Position numbers and translations under genes: made by a program. The notes under the pieces are model-generated. The model saw nothing but the letters and a program-made list of their open reading frames with translations. It did not search any database and had not been told where the DNA came from. Below, one piece after another: positions 36,955 through 44,434 of a stretch of 44,434 bases of DNA. Source of the DNA: Candidatus Kaiserbacteria bacterium (GTDB lineage Bacteria; Patescibacteriota; Minisyncoccia; Phycocordibacterales; UBA2100); NCBI GenBank assembly GCA_016217925.1, contig JACRFK010000004.1, positions 1-44,434 of the forward strand, given 5' to 3'. Position 1 is the stretch's first letter; every line of letters starts with the position of its first letter.

Positions 36955-38943
36955 TCACGGACTCTTTTCGAGTATGGTGACTACACCGGCGTTTGCATCA
37001 ACTTGAACTAGGTCCCCGTCTCGGAGGAGTTGCGTAGCCACTTTTGTTCCTACGATGCAGGGTATTTTCCACTCTCTTGAAATGATCGCGGCGTGGCACG
37101 TGAGACCCCCTTCATCGGTCACGATCGCAGCTGCGTTCTTTACGTACGGGATCATTTGCGGATTCGTCATGCCGGTGACAAGAATGGCTCCTTTTGGAAT
37201 TTCTTTGACCGCGGTCCAAGATAAATGCATGACGACGTGTCCGGTCGCCTTGCCTTGGTATGCAACCGTCCCGACAATGTCTTTCGGCTGGTCTTTCTCA
37301 ATTAGCTCTTTCCATTTCATGAATTCGTCGCCCGTAACACACCGCCAAGAGTCGTCTTTGCGAATGAACGCACATCCCCGTAAACGGGCGCGGGCATTCT
37401 CTATGGGGGGCTTCTTCCCTTTCAACGCTTCTTGCACCTCATCGGGAGACAGCGCATAGAACTCCTCACGCGTGACGTGGAACTTCTGTTCGAGTAACTC
37501 TGCAAAGGTATCGAAACCGTTCGTAAGTATATTTTCCGCACTTGCGTGCAGCTCAAGCTTTATTTTTCCCATGAACTCCAAAACGTGCCGTGCATAGTCG
37601 TGCCCGGATTCTTTCTTGAGAACGATGTCTTCAAGAGCGCTTTGCATGGGTTGGTCGCAATAGAAATAGACCGCCATCGTCCTTTTCCATATGGCGAGGA
37701 GCCGCTTCCACTCCTCTAGGGCGACCGCGCCCGCAGCAGGCCTCTGATATTCCACGAGTGTGGTATGTACCTCGGCAGCTCGCTTGGTGATTTCCTCAAA
37801 AAAATCTTTGTCGAGCAGTTTCTTCCCCCGCTCGCGAGCCTCTTCCATCCCTTCATCGGTCAGGTAGGCGCGGACCACGCCATCTTCGACCAGTGTCCGA
37901 TACTCAAGCGTCCCATAGCTATCAGGGGCAAGAATAATGTAATGATGTAATATACCGAGATCGGTCTGCGTATAATGTAAATGGTGTTTCTCTTTTTTGT
38001 GGAGAGAAGTGATAGGTCTCGCCTGCAGAATATAAAATTTCCCATCTTCGAGTGCCCATTCGATGTCGCACGGAAAACCATAGTGCTTTTCAATAACGAC
38101 GACAAGGTCCGCCAGCTCTAGTATCTGGGCGTTGTTGAGGACCTGTTCATACGCTTTCGGCACCTCGACCGTGATTAGTTCGTTGCCCTCCATGTCGGCA
38201 GAACGTACGAGGGCCTGACTTTTCTCGGCAATATTGATCTGAATAATTCGGCGCGGGTCCTTTCCGACCAGGTAAGAATCCGGCGTGATTGAGCCTGAAA
38301 CGATGGGTTCGCCGAGGCCGAACGCCGCCTCGGCGAGTAGTTGATTCATATCTTCCGTAACCGGATGGACGGAGAACGCGACGCCGGCAGAGTCGCTTGC
38401 AATCATCTTTTGGACAACTACCGCCACGGATATTTTCTTTTCGTTGAGGCCTTTCTTATGCCTGTATGCGATGGCCCGAGGCGTAAATAATGACGCCCAG
38501 CATCTGCGCATGTGTTTCAGAAGCGTTTGCTCGGTCGTATTGAGGTAACTCTCGAGCTGCCCTGCCCATGAAGCACCTATTGAATCTTCACTTGTTGCAC
38601 TGGAGCGAACGGCCACATGCGGAGCTTCGAGCAGTATGAAATTTTTGACGACTTCAAATAGAAGGTCGTCGGGGATGGGGGCGCTTTCGATCATCGACCG
38701 GATTTCCCGTGATACGGACTCAAGAGATGTAGCGTCCGCGGGATGCACCCGCCGCAACAGGGCGTCGATCTTCGAGTCGAGGCCATTCTGGGACAGGAAG
38801 TGTTCGTATGCCGAGCTGAGTATCACAAATCCGGGCGGTACGGGTACACCGCTTTTTGTCATTTCACCGAGCGACGCGCCTTTGCCACCGGCACTCGGCG
38901 CATCCTGATTATTTATATGCTGTAGTTGTTTTACGAATTTCAT
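36955..38943 (-). CDS. PEP-utilizing dikinase, PPDK_N plus C-terminal phospho-His swivel domain
   Basis: AGGKGASLGEM, VAVRSSATSED..ASWAGQLESYLN, QARPIT and C-terminal TDEGGLTCHAAIISRE. Start set at MKFVK. Confidence 0.88.
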   Translation of the reverse strand: MKFVKQLQHINNQDAPSAGGKGASLGEMTKSGVPVPPGFVILSSAYEHFLSQNGLDSKIDALLRRVHPADATSLESVSREIRSMIESAPIPDDLLFEVVKNFILLEAPHVAVRSSATSEDSIGASWAGQLESYLNTTEQTLLKHMRRCWASLFTPRAIAYRHKKGLNEKKISVAVVVQKMIASDSAGVAFSVHPVTEDMNQLLAEAAFGLGEPIVSGSITPDSYLVGKDPRRIIQINIAEKSQALVRSADMEGNELITVEVPKAYEQVLNNAQILELADLVVVIEKHYGFPCDIEWALEDGKFYILQARPITSLHKKEKHHLHYTQTDLGILHHYIILAPDSYGTLEYRTLVEDGVVRAYLTDEGMEEARERGKKLLDKDFFEEITKRAAEVHTTLVEYQRPAAGAVALEEWKRLLAIWKRTMAVYFYCDQPMQSALEDIVLKKESGHDYARHVLEFMGKIKLELHASAENILTNGFDTFAELLEQKFHVTREEFYALSPDEVQEALKGKKPPIENARARLRGCAFIRKDDSWRCVTGDEFMKWKELIEKDQPKDIVGTVAYQGKATGHVVMHLSWTAVKEIPKGAILVTGMTNPQMIPYVKNAAAIVTDEGGLTCHAAIISREWKIPCIVGTKVATQLLRDGDLVQVDANAGVVTILEKSP

Positions 38944-39005
38944 ATGTCTGTAAGAGATACCAGGCCCCGGCTCGCGCCGGAGCCTGGTATGTATTTCGCG
39001 AAAGA

Positions 39006-39605
39006 TCACGCCGGGATGGGCAGATAGTAGAACTCCACCAGGCGACTCGCATCGAAGCAAAACACGCCGATATCGCCCTTCTTGAAGTTGTATCGAGGTC
39101 CCCACTCGCCGGTGAGTTCCGCAATGCAGCTTTCGCAAAGCGGACCGTGTGAGTTCAAGAGGACGTTTTCGCCAGACGAGAGCGAGAGACCGCGGCTCGT
39201 CACGTAGTCGCCAAGCCTCTTGCCCTCGGCGCGAAGAATGTCGGGCGCGGTCTCCCAGCATGCCTGGGCGCTCGTCCCCTTCGCCTTCGCCATCTCCGGG
39301 TACCACCCCCACTCGTCGAGATTACGGGGATGGATTTCGGGAGCGACGATGAACGTCGTGCGGTCAACATGAGGCGGCGCGTTGAGGTCAAGACTCTGGC
39401 GCGTCCGCTTCATACCGGAGTAGATGTAGTCCTTGAAGACGACACCCTTGAGATGGAACTCGCGGACTTTCGCCGCAACTTCCAGTGCTTCAACTGCAAG
39501 CGAGGCGTCCGTGTCCCAGCCACAGTGCGTGGGATTGATCGGATTCACTTGCAGGTAGTGACGCTGAAGCCAGACCCGCCGAAGCGGGGACTTGATAAGG
39601 GGCAT
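39006..39605 (-). CDS. hypothetical protein (199 aa) with CxxC motif
   Basis: GAGGAG SD upstream; HGPLCESC motif. Confidence 0.6.
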   Translation of the reverse strand: MPLIKSPLRRVWLQRHYLQVNPINPTHCGWDTDASLAVEALEVAAKVREFHLKGVVFKDYIYSGMKRTRQSLDLNAPPHVDRTTFIVAPEIHPRNLDEWGWYPEMAKAKGTSAQACWETAPDILRAEGKRLGDYVTSRGLSLSSGENVLLNSHGPLCESCIAELTGEWGPRYNFKKGDIGVFCFDASRLVEFYYLPIPA

Positions 39606-39777
39606 TGTGCTCTCCTCGTGTTGGGCCGCTCAATATCTACACAAGCTGATTGCCTGCTGACTGAGCGACTGGGCAACAGTTTGGGTGTAACGTCAATTAA
39701 TGTCAATGATTTTAGGACAAAAATGGGCTTATTTGAGTGACTTTTATATGTTTCTAAGAGAGTAGATGTCAGGATAG

Positions 39778-39805
39778 TTGACATTATCCAAATCATGCAT
39801 ATACT
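39778..39805 (+). promoter_or_regulatory. promoter for trmB, probably leaderless
   Basis: TTGACA, 16-nt spacer, TATACT, then ATG 7 nt later. Confidence 0.75.
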
Positions 39806-39812
39806 GGGCCCC

Positions 39813-40571
39813 ATGAACATAACAGAGGCGCTCAAACAATTGGGGCTTGATGATAAGGAGGTTTCGGTCTATACAGGGCTTCTTGAATTGGGAGAGGCTT
39901 CGGTTCTGACGATCTCGAAGAAAACAGGTGTAAAACGCCCGACCGCTTACCTGGTACTTAACGCCCTCGAAGGGCGGGGCCTCGTTTCGCGCACGATAAA
40001 AGCGGGTAAGACACTATTTACTGCGCAGCATCCAAAAACAATTCTCACCGAAGCGGAGTTGCGCGTTAAACAGCTGCAAGACGTTATTCCTCAATTTGAG
40101 GCGATGATGCACCGCTCGGATGATCGTCCCCGGGTGAAGATCTACGAGGGAAAAGAAGCGCTTGATCGCGCGTACGATGACTCTTTTGTTATCAAGGGCG
40201 AGCAACTTTTCATGAGCAACATGGATATCGTACATGACGTCTTTCCACGTACATTGCAAAAAATTGACTATGCGACACTCTCACCGGCATACCGCGTGCG
40301 GGAATTGCTGGCTGACGGTGCGACGTCGCGAAAATATGCGGCACGAGTGAGCGGGGCCTATCGTCAAACACGATTCATACCCGCGGCGTTTTCGCCCTTT
40401 GCGACTGACATCGGAATATTCGGCAACAACACCATCATCACAAGCGGCAAAAAAGAATTCTTCAGTGTGCGTATTGAGAGTGAGGAAGTTACCAGCGCGT
40501 TTCGTATGATGTTTGAGGCTATGTGGCAAATTTCAGGAGATCCCAAAAATCCGCCGGGCGTTGCCCAGTAA
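39813..40571 (+). CDS. TrmB family transcriptional regulator
   Basis: LKQLGL..KE..VY..LLELG, ISKKTGVKRPTAY.VL..L...GLV and PRVKIYEGKE. Confidence 0.88.
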   Translation: MNITEALKQLGLDDKEVSVYTGLLELGEASVLTISKKTGVKRPTAYLVLNALEGRGLVSRTIKAGKTLFTAQHPKTILTEAELRVKQLQDVIPQFEAMMHRSDDRPRVKIYEGKEALDRAYDDSFVIKGEQLFMSNMDIVHDVFPRTLQKIDYATLSPAYRVRELLADGATSRKYAARVSGAYRQTRFIPAAFSPFATDIGIFGNNTIITSGKKEFFSVRIESEEVTSAFRMMFEAMWQISGDPKNPPGVAQ

Positions 40572-41396
40572 CTGTTCCCTCACCTTCTCAAAATCCTCGC
40601 CGCGGATTGCGGCTATTTGGCGGACGACGAGTTCGACGTAGGCCGGTTCGTTGCGTTTGCCCCGGTGCGGTGCGGGGGTCACGTACGGCGCGTCGGTTTC
40701 AGAGAGGAGCATATCGAGCGGAGTGTTTTTTATGACTTCGTCGTAGTCGTGGGTGAAAGTAACTACTCCGGTGAACGAGAGCGTGAAGCCGAAATCGAGG
40801 TACTTCTTTGCGGTCTCCCAATTGCCGGCAAAGAAATGTGTATCCCCCTTTACCTTGGCGTGAGCCTTTAATATCTGGAGTGCATCGTCATACGCATCTC
40901 CGGAGGTTAAACCTCCGGAGATTGAAGGGCGGATGTGGAGCATGAGAGGCTTCCCGAGCTTGTTCGCGAGTTCAATCTGCTGGATGAATACCTCCTTTTG
41001 AATATCTTTGGTACTTTCGTTCGCGCGGTAGTAATCAAGCCCGCATTCCCCCACCGCAATCACTCGCGGACTTTTGCCAAGCGCTTCATACGCCGCCATA
41101 TCAAATACTTCTCCTCGTGACGTAAAGCCTTCCTTGCCCTCCGAAGCCTCGGCGAAGGAGGGACCGAGCTCCTGCGCGTCGTGATACGACTTCGAAGTGT
41201 GGATGGGGTGCAATCCGATGGTCGCAAACACGTTGTCATATTTCTCGGCGAGTTCCACTGCACTCTTAGAAGTATCGAATTGCGTCCCGACTACATTCAT
41301 CCCCACTCCGGCGTCTTTTGCTCGCAGGATAGTCGCTTCGCGGTCGCTGTCGTATGCGACAAAATTCGTATGGGTATGTGCGTCGAAGTATTTCAT
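40533..41396 (-). CDS. tatD: TatD family hydrolase
   Basis: FDAHTH, IGLHP, VGECGLDY, LMLHIR, HFF and LSETDAPY. Confidence 0.93.
   Translation of the reverse strand: MKYFDAHTHTNFVAYDSDREATILRAKDAGVGMNVVGTQFDTSKSAVELAEKYDNVFATIGLHPIHTSKSYHDAQELGPSFAEASEGKEGFTSRGEVFDMAAYEALGKSPRVIAVGECGLDYYRANESTKDIQKEVFIQQIELANKLGKPLMLHIRPSISGGLTSGDAYDDALQILKAHAKVKGDTHFFAGNWETAKKYLDFGFTLSFTGVVTFTHDYDEVIKNTPLDMLLSETDAPYVTPAPHRGKRNEPAYVELVVRQIAAIRGEDFEKVREQLLGNARRIFGIS
41136..41162 (-). repeat. 27-nt hairpin element (family B) in frame in tatD
   Basis: CCCTCCTTCGCCGAGGCTTCGGAGGGC encodes PSFAEASEG; CCCTCC/GGAGGG stem. Confidence 0.75.
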
Positions 41397-42268
41397 GCTG
41401 AATATAATAACGTAATAGCGAGAGACGACACCACGACCGCGGCAAGTTTCCGTAGGTTGATGTGGTCCTTATACCACCAAACAGAAAGAATGATCGGGAT
41501 GATGATGTAGTGCGCTTGAATTACGTACACAAGACTGACGAGGCCGACGCTTAGAGCTTGATACAACGAATACGCTGAAATGAGTCCGAAGAAGGCGGAA
41601 GCCGCCCCGAGCAATACATCTCTCTTATCTGCATGCGCCAACATCGACTTGCCGGCTCCATGTTGCTTCAAAAGTATAGCAGCAGATGCGCAGGTGCCGG
41701 CGATTTGAGATGTGCCCAACATGAGCAATACTGCGGGACCATAATGAAATCCTTGCTTGCTAAGAAGCAGGGAGCCAGCTGAAAGAACCGTTGATGCAAC
41801 GAGAAGTTTCAGTCCCAGAAATAGATTCTTTTGTCGACTGTGCTCGACGGAAGACACAAGGAGGAGCGGCACCGTCAAACTCAATCCTATGCCGACGTAT
41901 TGTATGACGTTTAATGGATCGGCAAAGAAAATCACGCCGCCTATTACGACGAGCAACGGGCCAAGCATTTTGTTGATGGGAAAAAACAGAACGCTGTCTA
42001 TGTACTTTAACGATTCTATCCGTATGAAGTTACCGAGGCCGTGCACTCCCCCGGCGGCAAGTCCGAAGGCCGCTATCACCAACCACTGGGACGGGAGTTC
42101 CTGCAGTCCGACAAGGAAAAATATCGCCACAACGCCCGACAGGCCATACATGAGGAATCCGTTGAACGCGGAACTACGACCTTCTTCGGCTACGATTTTC
42201 TGCACAAAAAGCGCCAATCCCGCGAAGAGGGTTGACGCAAGAGTCCAGAGAAACGTCGCCTGGTCCAT
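41393..42268 (-). CDS. EamA/DMT family transporter
   Basis: About 10 TM segments in two similar halves. Confidence 0.78.
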   Translation of the reverse strand: MDQATFLWTLASTLFAGLALFVQKIVAEEGRSSAFNGFLMYGLSGVVAIFFLVGLQELPSQWLVIAAFGLAAGGVHGLGNFIRIESLKYIDSVLFFPINKMLGPLLVVIGGVIFFADPLNVIQYVGIGLSLTVPLLLVSSVEHSRQKNLFLGLKLLVASTVLSAGSLLLSKQGFHYGPAVLLMLGTSQIAGTCASAAILLKQHGAGKSMLAHADKRDVLLGAASAFFGLISAYSLYQALSVGLVSLVYVIQAHYIIIPIILSVWWYKDHINLRKLAAVVVSSLAITLLYSA

Positions 42269-42269
42269 G

Positions 42270-43718
42270 TTATTCCTTGCGCGGGAACAAATTCTCCGGC
42301 TTTTTGTTCGCGAACACTGCCTCCAGGATCTTCCTGCTCGTCTCGGGCATGAAGGGCTCTATCGCTTTCGCTATCCATGCGAGCTGCTTGACCAAATCGG
42401 TTATCATTTCCGCACCGCGTTTTTTATCTTCCTTCACGATCTTAAAAGGCTGGTCTTTTTGGATAGCCTCATCTATTCCAGAGACTGCGCCCCAGATGTT
42501 GTTCGTTACAGTATTGAGGTCGTATCCGCGCATTGCTTCCTCGACCACAGGTGAGTACTTGAAAACGAACATTGCCTTGTCCGTAAAGACCGGCTTATCG
42601 AGATTTGTCTCGGCAAGTTGCATTACGCGGGCCGCAAGATTGCCGAGCCCGTTGGCAAGATTGGCATTGTATATCTCCTTGAATTTCTCCATTGTAAAAT
42701 CAGAATCCTCAAATGGATGTACATGGCGCGCGAGGAAATAGCGTAGCGCGTCGGTGCCATACTCTTTTACGATCGCGAGCGGATCGATGACGTTGCCGAC
42801 GGATTTGCTCATTTTCTGTCCCCCACTTGTGATGAAGCCGTGATACAAGACCTGCTTCGTGGTCGGAAGCTCCGCGGACATGAGCATTGCCTGCCACATG
42901 ATGGATTGGAACCGTACCTGGTCTTTGCCGGCCAATTGGAGAGTCGTCCCGTTCGTCCAGAATTTCGCGAAATTACCGTCCGTATCTTCAGGCCATCCCA
43001 AGGTCGATACATAATTCGTAAGCGCGTCGAACCATACATACATCACCTGCGTGTCATCGCCGGGGACCGGAATGCCCCACGACATTTTTTCTTTCACGCG
43101 CGAGACGCTGAAATCTTCAAGCCCCTGCTTCACAAAGTTGAGCGCTTCAAATCTCCGCCACTCGGGTATGACGACACCTTCTGTGCCGAGGTATGTCAAA
43201 AGCTTGTCTTGATACCTGCTGAGTTTGAAGAAGTAATTCTCTTCTTCGATTTCGACGAGGTCCATCGTCGGATGGTTCGGGCACTTACCGTCTACGAGCT
43301 CCGTCTCCTTGACGAACGCCTCGTCACCGACGCAGTAGAGGCCCTTGTATTTCTTTTTGTAAATATCGCCCGCGTTTTCACACCGACGCCAGAGCTCTTG
43401 CGCAGCCGCCACATGATGCACATCGGTGGTTCGGATGAACGCATCGTACGAGAGGTCGAGCGCGCCGCGCAGTTTTTTGAACTCTCCCGCAAAATGGTCG
43501 ACATACTCCTGCACGTCGCGCCCCTCTTCTTTCGCTTTTTGGAATATCTTTTGGCCGTGCTCATCGGTACCTGTGTTGAAAAACACATCATCTCCCACAA
43601 GGCGCCGGTAGCGCGCAACGATATCGGCCTGCACCATCTCCAACGCAAAACCGATGTGCGGCTCGGCATTGACGTATGGTAGCGTCGTGGTTAGGTAGAA
43701 CGACCTGCGAGCATTCAT
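42270..43718 (-). CDS. metG: methionine--tRNA ligase (short form)
   Basis: YLTTTLPYVN..PHIG, TGTDEHGQKI, YVWFDAL.NY and KMSKSVGN. Confidence 0.96.
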   Translation of the reverse strand: MNARRSFYLTTTLPYVNAEPHIGFALEMVQADIVARYRRLVGDDVFFNTGTDEHGQKIFQKAKEEGRDVQEYVDHFAGEFKKLRGALDLSYDAFIRTTDVHHVAAAQELWRRCENAGDIYKKKYKGLYCVGDEAFVKETELVDGKCPNHPTMDLVEIEEENYFFKLSRYQDKLLTYLGTEGVVIPEWRRFEALNFVKQGLEDFSVSRVKEKMSWGIPVPGDDTQVMYVWFDALTNYVSTLGWPEDTDGNFAKFWTNGTTLQLAGKDQVRFQSIMWQAMLMSAELPTTKQVLYHGFITSGGQKMSKSVGNVIDPLAIVKEYGTDALRYFLARHVHPFEDSDFTMEKFKEIYNANLANGLGNLAARVMQLAETNLDKPVFTDKAMFVFKYSPVVEEAMRGYDLNTVTNNIWGAVSGIDEAIQKDQPFKIVKEDKKRGAEMITDLVKQLAWIAKAIEPFMPETSRKILEAVFANKKPENLFPRKE

Positions 43719-43724
43719 AGATCG

Positions 43725-44434
43725 TCAGGCGCTCGTGTGCTCCTGCAAACGGCCAGTCTCGATGTCACGCGCAAGCTCTTGTATCACCGCAGCCGCCGGT
43801 ACCGAGAGGAGGATGCCCAGAAATCCCGCGAGTTCCGCCCCGACGATGAGGGCTAGAATGACTAGGAACGGTGCCACTCCGACGACACGAGTGACGACGA
43901 GCGGATAGATGAGGTGATTCTCGAATTGTTGGAAAATAATGTAGAGCACAGTGACCGCGATGCCCATACCAAGTCCGCCGCCCGCGAAGGCGATGAGGAC
44001 CGCCGGAACCGCAGCCAAAGTCGGCCCAAAGACCGGAATTATCTCGAACACCGCCGCAAACACCGCAAGCAGGAGCGCGTGTTTGACGCCGAGAATAGTG
44101 AGTCCGAGATAGACCAAGACTCCCATGATGACCGCGAGGATAAGCTGTCCCTGCATCCAGAGACCGATCTTGTGCTGTGAGCGGCGCCACAGATCGATCA
44201 CGTATTTCTGGTATCTCTTGGGCGAGATGACATGCAGGAAATCGTCAACACCCGTCTCGATGACCGCAAAGTAAAATGAAAATATTATAATAAGAACGAA
44301 CGAGAACACGCCACCAAAGACCCTGGCGACCGCGCTGAATGCGTTGCCGAACGTACCACTGATATCGAACGCGCTTCTGATGCCCGCCATGATGTCGTCG
44401 GCGGAGATGGCTGAGGGAGACGGGATGCCCAATA
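43725..44434 (-). CDS. AI-2E family transporter, 3' part (truncated by window end)
   Basis: W..GQLIL, IIPVFGP, QQFENHLIYPLV and GILLSVPAAAV. Confidence 0.88.
   Translation of the reverse strand, partial: LGIPSPSAISADDIMAGIRSAFDISGTFGNAFSAVARVFGGVFSFVLIIIFSFYFAVIETGVDDFLHVISPKRYQKYVIDLWRRSQHKIGLWMQGQLILAVIMGVLVYLGLTILGVKHALLLAVFAAVFEIIPVFGPTLAAVPAVLIAFAGGGLGMGIAVTVLYIIFQQFENHLIYPLVVTRVVGVAPFLVILALIVGAELAGFLGILLSVPAAAVIQELARDIETGRLQEHTSA

Noticed and set aside
36955-39312. 785-aa version of the dikinase, and a ppsA call
   Set aside because: The extension overlaps the SD-led 39006-39605 ORF and looks non-protein-like. Lack of the C-terminal barrel argues against ppsA.

Overview
Chromosomal window from a small-genome bacterium. 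Gene content and style (unlinked 23S, TrmB-like regulator, many peptidoglycan-binding surface proteins, mostly Shine-Dalgarno-free starts) point to CPR/Patescibacteria, probably Parcubacteria; this is inference, not a database result. From left to right: the 5' part of a 23S rRNA gene with no adjacent 16S or tRNA; a nucleotidyltransferase; an MscS-like membrane protein; folP/folB/folK; rplL-rplJ; small ORFans; a secreted lipase; surface and glycosylation genes; an S-layer-like protein; ftsK, recA, efp; a five-gene lipid cluster (two patatins, acpS, an acyl-adenylate/ACP/acyltransferase fusion, cfa); rpsF-ssb-rpsR; a dikinase with rifampin-phosphotransferase-like domain order; trmB, tatD, an EamA transporter, metG and a partial AI-2E transporter. 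Main candidates for a second look: (1) a putative phospholipid salvage and re-acylation operon in a lineage generally lacking fatty-acid synthesis; (2) six 60-112 bp elements with CCCCGTTAGA..TCTAACGGGG ends and 3-4 bp flanking duplications, all sitting in or against -35 boxes, -10 boxes or start codons; (3) two families of 27-30 nt palindromic or hairpin elements inserted in frame in RecA, TatD and a nucleotidyltransferase; (4) a chromosomal FolP carrying the Sul-type motif of sulfonamide-insensitive enzymes. All product calls come from motif recognition by eye; no searches were run.
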